Below are positions 30,592-40,200 of a DNA stretch of 64,000 nucleotides, piece after piece (positions within the stretch are counted from its first letter, which is position 1; each line of letters starts with the position of its first letter). Below the pieces are notes generated by a model. The model was not told the origin of the DNA. It searched no databases and was given only the letters and a program-made list of their open reading frames with translations. Origin of the DNA: an uncultured virus (IMG/VR IMGVR_UViG_3300008459_007659) (Duplodnaviria > Heunggongvirae > Uroviricota > Caudoviricetes). Made by a program: the position numbers and the translations under genes. The DNA is taken from positions 62,001 to 126,000 of IMG/VR virus record IMGVR_UViG_3300008459_007659, one strand, 5' to 3'.

Positions 30592-30651
30592 AAATTTAAG
30601 TAAGTTAGTGATATTAAAAATATATTTACCTGTATTTATATTATAAAATCT

Positions 30652-31383
30652 ATGGATATGGAAAAAATATTTATATATGGGATATATAACCCTGATGAAC
30701 CTGAAATAATAAGATATGTCGGTAAAACTAAAAAAAATGTTAATAAAAGATTAAAAGAACACATTTATTTAGGTGAAAAAAAAGTTAAAAGACCGTTATA
30801 TTTGTGGATAAATAAATTATTGAAAAAGAATAAAAAACCTGAAATAATAATAATTGAGGAAACAAATAATAAAGAATGGGCCAATAAAGAGATTTTTTGG
30901 ATAAAAAAATATAAAAAAACTAATAATTTATTAAATTTAACCGATGGTGGGGAATCAAATCTTAATTACATACCTAATGAAGAGACAAGAAAAAAAATTT
31001 CATTAAATAATATTGGCAAACATAGTTATTGGAAAAATAAAAAATTAAGTAAAGAACATAAAGATAATATCGGCAAATCTTTAGTTGGGAAAAAAAGAAG
31101 TGATAAAACTAAAAAAAATATAAGTGAGTCGTTAAAAGGAAGAAAACTTTCTGAAGAACATAAATTAAAATTAAGCGTTTTAAGTCCTAATAAGGGTAAA
31201 CCGGCTAAAAATATTAAATCGGTTAATAAAATATGTTTAGAAACTGGTAATATTATTGAAACATATATGTCTTTAGAAATAGCAGCAAAAGAAAATAATA
31301 TAAAAAATAAAGGTAACATTGTTATGGTCTGCCAAGGTAAAAGAAATAAATGTGGTGGATTTTTATGGAAATATGTAAATTAA
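30652..31383 (+). mobile_element. free-standing GIY-YIG homing endonuclease with NUMOD3 repeats and a NUMOD1-like C-terminus
   Basis: IYGI...RYVGKT..RLKEH, E.FWI, LLNLTDGGE; repeats EETRKKIS, SKEHKDNIG.S..GKKRS..TK..IS...KGRKLSEEHK; C-terminal Y.S...AA...I...C.GKR...GGF.W. Markedly more A-rich than its neighbours. Confidence 0.9.
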
Positions 31384-31389
31384 AAAAAA

Positions 31390-32340
31390 ATGGAAGAGAA
31401 AATTTTAAAAACTAACCCCTCAAGATTTGTTATATTCCCTATTGAGCACAACGATATTTGGGAATATTACAAACAACATCAAGCGGCATTTTGGACTGCT
31501 GAAGAAGTTGATTTAACCAATGATATTCGTGATTGGGAAAAATTAACTGATAATGAAAAATATTTTGTTAAAAATGTATTATCATTCTTTGCAGCATCTG
31601 ATGGTATTGTTAACGAAAACTTGGCGGAAAATTTCTACCGAGAAGTACAATATCCTGAAGCAAAATTCTTCTACGGATTCCAGTTGGCAATGGAAAATAT
31701 TCACTCACTAATGTACTCATTGTTGATTGATACCTATATCAGTAACGCTAAAGAAAAAGACGAATGTTTCAATGCAATTGACAGATTACCTGCAGTTCAG
31801 AAGAAAGCAAAATGGGCGTTGGATTGGATTGAAAATGCGTCATTCCAAGAACGATTGGTAGCATTCGCAGCGGTTGAAGGAATTTTCTTCTCAGGTTCAT
31901 TCTGCTCAATCTTTTGGTTGAAATCAAGAGGTATCATGCAAGGATTATGTAATGCGAATTCATTAATCTTTAAAGATGAAAACTTACATTGTGATTTTGC
32001 AATTCACTTGTTGAATAACCATTGCGAAAACAAACCGTCTGAAAAACGAATTAAAGAGATTTTATTATCGGCACTTGAAATTGAAAAAGAATTCATCACA
32101 GAATCACTACCAGTATCACTTATCGGTATGAACTCTAACTTGATGAAACAATACCTTGAGTTTGTTGTTGATGGATTATTGGTTAAGTTTGGATGTAAGA
32201 AACAATTTAATGTTGAACAACCATTCAAGTTTATGGAACAAATTGCGGTTGAAACAAAAGGTAACTTCTTTGAATCAAGAACAATGGAATACCAAAAAGC
32301 AAAATTGAACGAAACAATTTCATTTACAGACGATTTCTAA
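31390..32340 (+). CDS. nrdB: ribonucleotide reductase class Ia, beta subunit
   Basis: [58 protein letters not shown]. Confidence 0.97.
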   Translation: MEEKILKTNPSRFVIFPIEHNDIWEYYKQHQAAFWTAEEVDLTNDIRDWEKLTDNEKYFVKNVLSFFAASDGIVNENLAENFYREVQYPEAKFFYGFQLAMENIHSLMYSLLIDTYISNAKEKDECFNAIDRLPAVQKKAKWALDWIENASFQERLVAFAAVEGIFFSGSFCSIFWLKSRGIMQGLCNANSLIFKDENLHCDFAIHLLNNHCENKPSEKRIKEILLSALEIEKEFITESLPVSLIGMNSNLMKQYLEFVVDGLLVKFGCKKQFNVEQPFKFMEQIAVETKGNFFESRTMEYQKAKLNETISFTDDF

Positions 32341-32354
32341 AAAAATAAAAAATT

Positions 32355-34784
32355 ATGTCATTAAAAATTATTAAAAGAGGTGGGGATTCGGTTGCATTTA
32401 ACCCACAAAAAATTTACAATCGTGTAAAACGAGCATCAAAAGGTTTGAATGTTAATTCGGACGAAATATTCATTAAGGTTATTACCTCGGTACCAACTGA
32501 AGGAGAAATAACAACAAAAGAATTAGATAAACTTGTATATGAGATTGCTGCGGCTTATACTGGTAGTCACCACGACTATTCAAGGTTAGCATCTTCAGTT
32601 GCAATATCTTCATATCATAAAGAAACTAATGATAGTTTTTCACAAACTATGGAATTGTTGTATGATGATGGAGTGGTTAATGAAAAATTAATTAACACAA
32701 TTAATGAATATGGTGCTGAGATTATTGATGCGGTAATCAATCACGATAACGACTATAACTTTGATTATTTTGCTTGGAGATCATTACAAGAAATGTATTT
32801 GTTGAAACGACCAACAGGTAAGGTAATTGAACGACCACAACATATGTATATGAGAGTTGCGTTGTGGGTAACCAATACAATGGAAGAGGCTTTTGATTAT
32901 TATAAGTCGTTGTCTGAACAACGTATATCACCCGCAACACCAATTATGATTAATTCAGGAACAAAAATTCCTCAATTGGCGTCTTGTGTGTTACATTACA
33001 ACAACTCTGACTCAAGAATGGGATTGTTGGAAACATTGAATGATATCTCAACTTATTCTGCGGATGCTGCGGGTATTGGATTGTGTATGTCAAATCAAAG
33101 AAGTAAAGAAAGTCGTATTAATAGTTCAGGTGGTTATGCTGGTGGTTTATTGAAATACCTTAAAATTGTTAACGAATCTTTACGATTCTTTAATCAACAA
33201 GGTAGAAGACCTGGGTCGGCAGCAATTTATTTAGAACCTTGGCATAAAGATATTATGGATCTTCTTGACATCAAAAAGAATACAGGTGCTGAAGAATTAA
33301 GAGCGAGAGATTTGTTTACCGCACTTTGGATTCCTGATAACTTTATGAGAGCCGTTAAAAATAATGGTGATTGGTATTTGTTCTGTCCTAACGACATTAA
33401 TAAATCTGGACTTAAACCATTACAAGAATGTTATGGTGATGAATATGAAAGTGTTTATCGTGAAGCGGTGGCACTTGGTTTAGGTAAAAAAGTTAAAGCT
33501 CAAGATGTTTGGACTAAAATTATTGAATCACAAGTTGAGACTGGTGTTCCTTATTTATGTTCTAAAGATAGTGCTAATAGAAAGACTAACCACCAAAATA
33601 TCGGTGTGATTAAACAGTCAAACTTGTGTAATGAAATATACCAATATACTGACGAAGAGACTACTGCAATTTGTACATTGTCCTCAATGGTATTGAAGAA
33701 CTTCATTCAAGGTAATAAGTTTGATTTCCAATTACTTTTTACTGAAGTTAGAAAAGTGGTTAGAGCGTTAAATAAAGTCGTTAACATTAATAGTTACTCA
33801 ACAGACAAAGGGTTAAAAGGTGGGTTAGAACAACGAGCAATTGCAATTGGAACTCAAGGATTGGCAGATGTATTTTATCTACTTGATTTAATATTCACCG
33901 AAGAAGAAGCAAGAATCTTAAATAAACAAATTTTTGAAACCATTTATTACGGTGCTATCTATGAAAGTAATAAACTTTGTAAAAATGGGGAGTATCTACC
34001 ATATAAATTCTTTGAAGGATCGCCAATGTCACAAGGTATATTCCAATTTGATATGTGGGGATTGAATGAAAGTGATTTATCAGGATACTGGGATTGGAAC
34101 CAACTTAAAGAAGATGTAAAAGAATTTGGGGTATGTAATTCATTATTCACGGCACAAATGCCTGTAGCATCTTCAGCGAAAATTACAGGTTCATTTGAAA
34201 TGACAGAACCCGCACATTCAGCATTGTTTAACAGAAGAGTGGTAGGTGGTGAAATTATGATTGTGAATAAATACCTCATTAATGACTTTGAAAAAATGGG
34301 TATTTGGTCTGAGGATTTGAAGAATGAAATTATTATCAATGAGGGATCGATTCAAAACATTAACTTTAACAATTATTTAGATACTGAAGATAAACACTAC
34401 AATAAGAAAGTTAAACGAATTGAGCATTTGATTCCAAAGTATAAAACAATTTGGGAGATTTCACAAAGAGAATTGATTGATATGGCGGCAGACAGAGCAC
34501 CATTTATTGATCAATCACAATCAATGAATATCTATATGGCGAACCCAACATTGTCAAAGATTACATCATCACATTTCCACTCGTGGGAAAAAGGTTTGAA
34601 AACTCTTTGTTATTATGTTAGAACCAAGGCAATTTCCACAGGGGCAAAACACTTGGCGGTTGATATGTCAAAAGTAGAAAAACCAAAAGCAACACCATTT
34701 GTTCCCAAAGTGGACTATTCAAACATGAATCTACCACCAAAACCTGAAAATAGTGAATTTGATTGTTTTGGATGTTCATCCTAA
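32355..34784 (+). CDS. nrdA: ribonucleotide reductase class Ia, alpha subunit with ATP cone
   Basis: N-terminal IIKRGG..F...KI ATP cone, SPATP, QLASC, SNLCNEI, QMPVASS, GLKTLCYYVR, C-terminal CFGCSS. Confidence 0.97.
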   Translation: MSLKIIKRGGDSVAFNPQKIYNRVKRASKGLNVNSDEIFIKVITSVPTEGEITTKELDKLVYEIAAAYTGSHHDYSRLASSVAISSYHKETNDSFSQTMELLYDDGVVNEKLINTINEYGAEIIDAVINHDNDYNFDYFAWRSLQEMYLLKRPTGKVIERPQHMYMRVALWVTNTMEEAFDYYKSLSEQRISPATPIMINSGTKIPQLASCVLHYNNSDSRMGLLETLNDISTYSADAAGIGLCMSNQRSKESRINSSGGYAGGLLKYLKIVNESLRFFNQQGRRPGSAAIYLEPWHKDIMDLLDIKKNTGAEELRARDLFTALWIPDNFMRAVKNNGDWYLFCPNDINKSGLKPLQECYGDEYESVYREAVALGLGKKVKAQDVWTKIIESQVETGVPYLCSKDSANRKTNHQNIGVIKQSNLCNEIYQYTDEETTAICTLSSMVLKNFIQGNKFDFQLLFTEVRKVVRALNKVVNINSYSTDKGLKGGLEQRAIAIGTQGLADVFYLLDLIFTEEEARILNKQIFETIYYGAIYESNKLCKNGEYLPYKFFEGSPMSQGIFQFDMWGLNESDLSGYWDWNQLKEDVKEFGVCNSLFTAQMPVASSAKITGSFEMTEPAHSALFNRRVVGGEIMIVNKYLINDFEKMGIWSEDLKNEIIINEGSIQNINFNNYLDTEDKHYNKKVKRIEHLIPKYKTIWEISQRELIDMAADRAPFIDQSQSMNIYMANPTLSKITSSHFHSWEKGLKTLCYYVRTKAISTGAKHLAVDMSKVEKPKATPFVPKVDYSNMNLPPKPENSEFDCFGCSS

Positions 34785-34789
34785 AATAT

Positions 34790-34815
34790 AATCCCGACTT
34801 ATGTTGGGATTTTTT
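34790..34815 (+). terminator. intrinsic terminator after nrdA
   Basis: AATCCCGAC-TTAT-GTTGGGATT followed by a T run. Confidence 0.8.
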
Positions 34816-34852
34816 ATTTATATAAAACTTCCCAACATTATATTTATTAGAT

Positions 34853-35311
34853 ATGGCAAATGGAGTAACATATGGAATAAATTTCCCCTTTCAAAATTCG
34901 TATGTGGGAAAGTATTTAGATTGTTCTGATACAACAGATGAAGAAGTGAGGAGTAATCTTATTCATTTACTTTTAACAAGAAAAGGTACTAGGTATTTTT
35001 TACCTGATTTTGGTACTAGACTATATGAATATATTTTTGAACCATTGGATGGACCTACATTTTCGGAAATAGAATCAGAGATTAGAGATTCGGTATCAAC
35101 TTATATGCCAGGTTTAACTGTTACTAATGTTAAAATAACAGATGCCTCAATGGAAGAAGAAAATAAAGGAACATACATAAATGGTGAGGATAAAAGAGAA
35201 TATACTGTCTCAAATATATCACAATTAGAACACACGGCAAAAATTAGAATTGATTATAAAACGACTAATACCGCTTTTGAATCAAGTGATTTTGTTATTA
35301 TTAATATTTAA
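34853..35311 (+). CDS. baseplate wedge protein (T4 gp25-like)
   Basis: VRSNLIHLLLTRKGTRYFLPDFGTRLYEYIFEP. Confidence 0.92.
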   Translation: MANGVTYGINFPFQNSYVGKYLDCSDTTDEEVRSNLIHLLLTRKGTRYFLPDFGTRLYEYIFEPLDGPTFSEIESEIRDSVSTYMPGLTVTNVKITDASMEEENKGTYINGEDKREYTVSNISQLEHTAKIRIDYKTTNTAFESSDFVIINI

Positions 35312-35317
35312 TAGTAT

Positions 35318-37156
35318 ATGGCAAATAAAAAAATATCGTACACAACGAGAGATTTTCAGGGGATAAGAACTGAGTTAATAAATTTTACAAGAACTTATTA
35401 TCCTGATTTAGTTCAGAATTTTAATGATGCTGGAATATTTTCGGTAATGTTAGACTTAAATGCCGCAGTAACCGACAACCTACATTTTAATATTGATAGA
35501 AGTATCCAAGAAACCGTATTACAATACGCACAACAAAAATCATCAATCTATAATATTGCAAGAACTTATGGTTTAAAAATACCTGGGTTGAGACCTTCAG
35601 TTGCATTGGTTGACTTCTCAATTACAGTTCCTGCGTTTGGGGATAGAGAAGATTTAAGATATTGTGGTATTTTGAGAAGAGGTTCACAAGTTAATGGTGC
35701 TGGACAACCTTTTGAAACTGTATATGATATTGATTTTGCATCGGCAATTAATGCTGAAGGATCACCAAATAGATTAAAAATACCTAATTTTGATGGTAGT
35801 GGTAAATTAGTTAACTATACAATTGTAAAAAGAGAAGTGGTAGTTAATGGAGTAACAAAAGTATTTAGAAGAGTTGTAACTCCAAATGATGTTAAACCAT
35901 TCTTTGAACTTTTCTTACCTGAAAAAAATGTATTGGGAATCACAAGTGTATTATTAAAAGATGGTACACAATATTCTACGGTACCAAGTCCACAGGAGTT
36001 TTTAGGTTTAGAAAATAGATGGTATGAAGTACCTGCTTTAGTTGAGAATAGAGTGTTTATTGAAGACCCTACAAAGGTATCTGATCAACCAGGAGTTAAA
36101 GTCGGTAAATACATAACCACAGATAATAAATTAATTACTGAATATACACCTGAAGGGTTTATGAAATTAACTTTTGGTGGTGGTAATGTTTCTGCAGACG
36201 AACAATTAAGAGATTTTGCAAGAAATGGATATCAATTAGATTTAAGTAAATATATTAATAATTTAGCTTTGGGTGCGGCTTTAAAATCTAACTCAACACT
36301 ATTCATACAATATAGAGTCGGTGGTGGACAAGGAACGAATTTAGGTGTTAATATTATAAATCAAATAGGTACCGTTTCATTTTATGTGAATGGACCGTCA
36401 CAATCCGTAAATACTACTGTTATTAATTCATTATCATGTAATAATGTTACTGCGGCAATTGGAGGGGCAAATGCTCCATCAACAGAAGAAGTTAGACAAT
36501 ATGTGACATATAATTTTGCCGCACAAAATAGAGCGGTAACTATAAATGATTATGAATCCATTTTAAGAAATATGCCGTCACAATTTGGGGCACCTGGTAA
36601 AGTTGCAATTACGGAAGAAAACAACAAAATTAAAATTAAAATGTTATCTTACGACGCTGAAGGTAAATTAACTGAAGTAATATCAAATACATTAAAAAAT
36701 AATGTCGCCAATTACCTTTCTAATTATAGAATGATAAATGACTATATCTCAATTGAAACTGCAAATGTTATTGACTTAAGTGTTAATGTTGATGTAGTAT
36801 TAGATGCGAGTCAAAATCAAGGTGCGGTAGTTACTAAAATAATTGATATTATATCAAACTATTTTAGTCCATTACAAAGACAGATGGGTGAGAATGTTTA
36901 TGTATCCGAAATAAGACGATTAATTCAAAATGAAAATGGGGTTATTAGTATTTCCGATATAAGTTTTATTAATAATGTTGGAGGACAATATTCATCATCA
37001 CAAACATCACAACCTTACTCTGATTCGGCAACTAAAGAGATTGGATTAATTACTGACACTATATTTGCAGAACCAACTCAAATTTACCAAATTAGATATC
37101 CAAATAAAGATATTAATGTTAGAGTTCTTAATTTAAAAACGGTGAATTTCTCTTGA
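35318..37156 (+). CDS. baseplate wedge protein (T4 gp6 / J-like)
   Basis: YTTRDFQGIRTEL, YRVGGG..TN, AAIGGA...S.EE, QNRAVTINDYE. Confidence 0.9.
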   Translation: MANKKISYTTRDFQGIRTELINFTRTYYPDLVQNFNDAGIFSVMLDLNAAVTDNLHFNIDRSIQETVLQYAQQKSSIYNIARTYGLKIPGLRPSVALVDFSITVPAFGDREDLRYCGILRRGSQVNGAGQPFETVYDIDFASAINAEGSPNRLKIPNFDGSGKLVNYTIVKREVVVNGVTKVFRRVVTPNDVKPFFELFLPEKNVLGITSVLLKDGTQYSTVPSPQEFLGLENRWYEVPALVENRVFIEDPTKVSDQPGVKVGKYITTDNKLITEYTPEGFMKLTFGGGNVSADEQLRDFARNGYQLDLSKYINNLALGAALKSNSTLFIQYRVGGGQGTNLGVNIINQIGTVSFYVNGPSQSVNTTVINSLSCNNVTAAIGGANAPSTEEVRQYVTYNFAAQNRAVTINDYESILRNMPSQFGAPGKVAITEENNKIKIKMLSYDAEGKLTEVISNTLKNNVANYLSNYRMINDYISIETANVIDLSVNVDVVLDASQNQGAVVTKIIDIISNYFSPLQRQMGENVYVSEIRRLIQNENGVISISDISFINNVGGQYSSSQTSQPYSDSATKEIGLITDTIFAEPTQIYQIRYPNKDINVRVLNLKTVNFS

Positions 37157-37228
37157 TGATTTATTTTTAGAATAAAAGAATTATTTTTTGAAAATAGGAA
37201 ATAAACTATTTATCAAAAAAAGAATTTA

Positions 37229-40200
37229 ATGCCAAAATCATATAGAATTAGAACCGAGCCAGGTGTAGATAAATCCATAAAAATACAATTAGATCAGGAT
37301 TTTGAATACTTGGAGATTTTATCTTTGAAGATATTTCAAAATGATATATACACTCGTATGTGTTCTGATTACGGTGTTGTTGTAGGTAGAGTATTAGTTA
37401 ACGGAGGTTTTGGGGTACCAAACGCTAAAGTATCGGTGTTCATCCCAATAACTGACGAAGATGAACAAAACCCAATTATTTCTCAATTATATCCATATAA
37501 AAACATTGATGATTTAAATGACGATGGTTATAGATATAATTTATTACCTTATGAACCTTCATATCAAGGACATTCAGCAACAGGTACATTTCCAAGTAGA
37601 GAGGATGTTTTAACCGATGCAGCATTAGTTGAGGTATACGACAAATATTATAAGTTTACTGTAAAAACAAATGAAAGTGGTGACTATATGATATTTGGGG
37701 TACCAACTGGAGAACAAACAATATTTATGGATGTTGATTTATCCGATATTGGGTGTTTCTCATTATCACCACAAGATTTAATTAACTCAGGATTAGCAAC
37801 AGAAACTCAAGTTGATGGGAACAAGTTCAAAACTTCAACCAACTTACGAGAATTACCACAAGTTAAAACATTAAATAAAATAGTTCAAGTACAACCATTA
37901 TGGGGTGAACCTGAAATTTGTTTATTGGGTATCACAAGAGTTGATTTTGATTTAACGGCATCTGCTAATGTAAACATACAACCGACTTCTGTGTTTATGG
38001 GTTCAATGTTCTCAACAACAAATGAGGATGCGGTTAAGAAAAGTTGTAAACCAAAGATTAACACAGGAAATATGTGTGAACTAATTGCGGGTCCTGGACA
38101 AATATTGGCAATTAGACAAACAATTAATACTGATGATAATGGATATCCTGTTCTTGAACAATATAGATTAGAACAGGATGGTAAGATAATTGATGGTGAG
38201 GGTACTTGGTTGGTTAATTTACCAATGAATTTGGATTATGTAACAACAAATGAATTTGGTGAACAGGTATTATCTAACGATCCAAAAGTGGGAATACCAA
38301 CCACTTCAAAGTACAGATTTAAAATTAAGTGGCAAAACGAAGAGGGTTTGCAAAATAACTTTATGAGAGGTAACTATTTGGTACCTAATATTAAAGAACA
38401 CGGATGGAATAGTACTGATGAGAATAATGATCCATTTAAAAATTCTGATACATATACAAGTGAATATCAAGCGTCAATACCTGTTGGATCAACATCATTG
38501 TCTGTTGGACCAATACCTAGAGGGGGGTTCTTTCTTAATAGTGTGGTAAATACACAACAATTAACAATTGAAGTAAACGGAGTTCCATATTATGGTAGTT
38601 TGGATAGTGTACCATTACCCAATGTCAACAATATAATTACATTTAATGCAATACCAATAGATAATACACAACCTATTGATATTGTGTTCACAATATATGA
38701 CGAACCACTATTTAACCTATTAAGATCTTACGCATTCAGTTTAGATTGGGATGATTATTATGATACTCAAGCGGCAATTGATTGTGAGGATAGTTTTTAT
38801 AAATTTCATTACAATAAAGTTTATACCGTAAGTTCATTTATTGATAGGTATAAAAATGGTAGCAATAGAGCCAGACATCTTGGGATTAAAGAAATTACAA
38901 ATAGAACTTGTCAGAGTGAAAATAACAAATTACCTGTTAATGATTTAGTTAGGAATTTTGACTTCATATTCTTCTTATTCACTTTGTTACTTGCAATAGT
39001 ATCACCAATGATTGTTATTATAATAGTTGTAAATCACGTATTGGCATTAATATATCCAATAATAGTTGCAATAGCTAACTTTGTTATAAAATTAGTTAAT
39101 GGTATTGTTTATAACATATGTAAAATTGTTAAAAATTTAGGAGGTAATGTTGAATGTAAAAAAGAAACATTAGAACCAATGAGTGAAGATAACCCATTCA
39201 AAAGGTTATCATTACCAATGATGACATATCCTGATTGTGAGGCTTGTTCTTGTCCTGATGAGAGTTTGGTAACATCAAGTTCTGTTGCGGGTTCTTGGAA
39301 TGCCGCGGCGTTAGGTATTAATATATCAATATTAAGTGATTTAGGTACTTTAGGTAGTTATAGTACTTGGACATTGAATCCCACAAACAATCCTTGCGGA
39401 TTAACCTTTTCCTCAACTCCGGACCAAACGGCTTGGGATCAAGGTTCTCAACAATTATTTGCTGGGGCAGTTAATCCCGCTAGAGTTTATTATAAAGTAC
39501 CAATATGGGAGGAATTAGGTCCTGATGGTGCTAGTGCTAATTCGGGACAATTGTTTAAAAGATTTGGTGATGGTATGACATTGGCTCAATCAATGAACAT
39601 GGCTAATCTTAGATCGAGATACTTTGATATTACCGCTAGAAACAGAATCACAGTAACACCAAACCCAACATTGGTTGGTACAACAACTTTAGGTGTTGGT
39701 GGTAATTCATATCAAGATTTATCAATGATAATGTTAGCGGATCAGGGCACAATTAGTCAGTTAGTGGGTAAAGTAATTTCTTTTACTAATCCGGTGAATA
39801 CTAATGACTTTAATGTTACAGGTGGTACCGAAAATCAATTTGGGGGAAATGCAATAACAGGGACTACATTAGGGGTTGGCACATATACAGTACCTTTAAC
39901 TTATATGAATGACTTAGGTGTTAATATAACATCAGATATAACTGTTGTTGGTACTGAAAGTGAAAAGGAATATTTATATAAATCAGGTATAGAGTATTTC
40001 CAAGTAGTTGCCGGATATACATGGGATGAACTTGTATCCACAGGTCCATTACAACCACAAGGTACCTATGTTGGATCAACAGTAACTAATTCAGGAGTGT
40101 TGTGGAAGTACTTCTTTCAAAATAAAATAAGCTATTTAAATCCAACGGCAAGTTCTCACACACCACCTTGGTTTTGGTTTAATGATTATCAACAACAAGA

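Noticed and set aside
30592..34784. Group I intron or intein in nrdA, nrdB or the helicase
   Set aside because: All three are continuous and of normal length, and the endonuclease is intergenic.
4321..37156. Bacterial contractile injection system (eCIS/T6SS/tailocin) rather than a phage
   Set aside because: The tail genes are interleaved with phage-type SSB, UvsX, gp41, RNR, RuvC and a homing endonuclease, and no host housekeeping genes are present.
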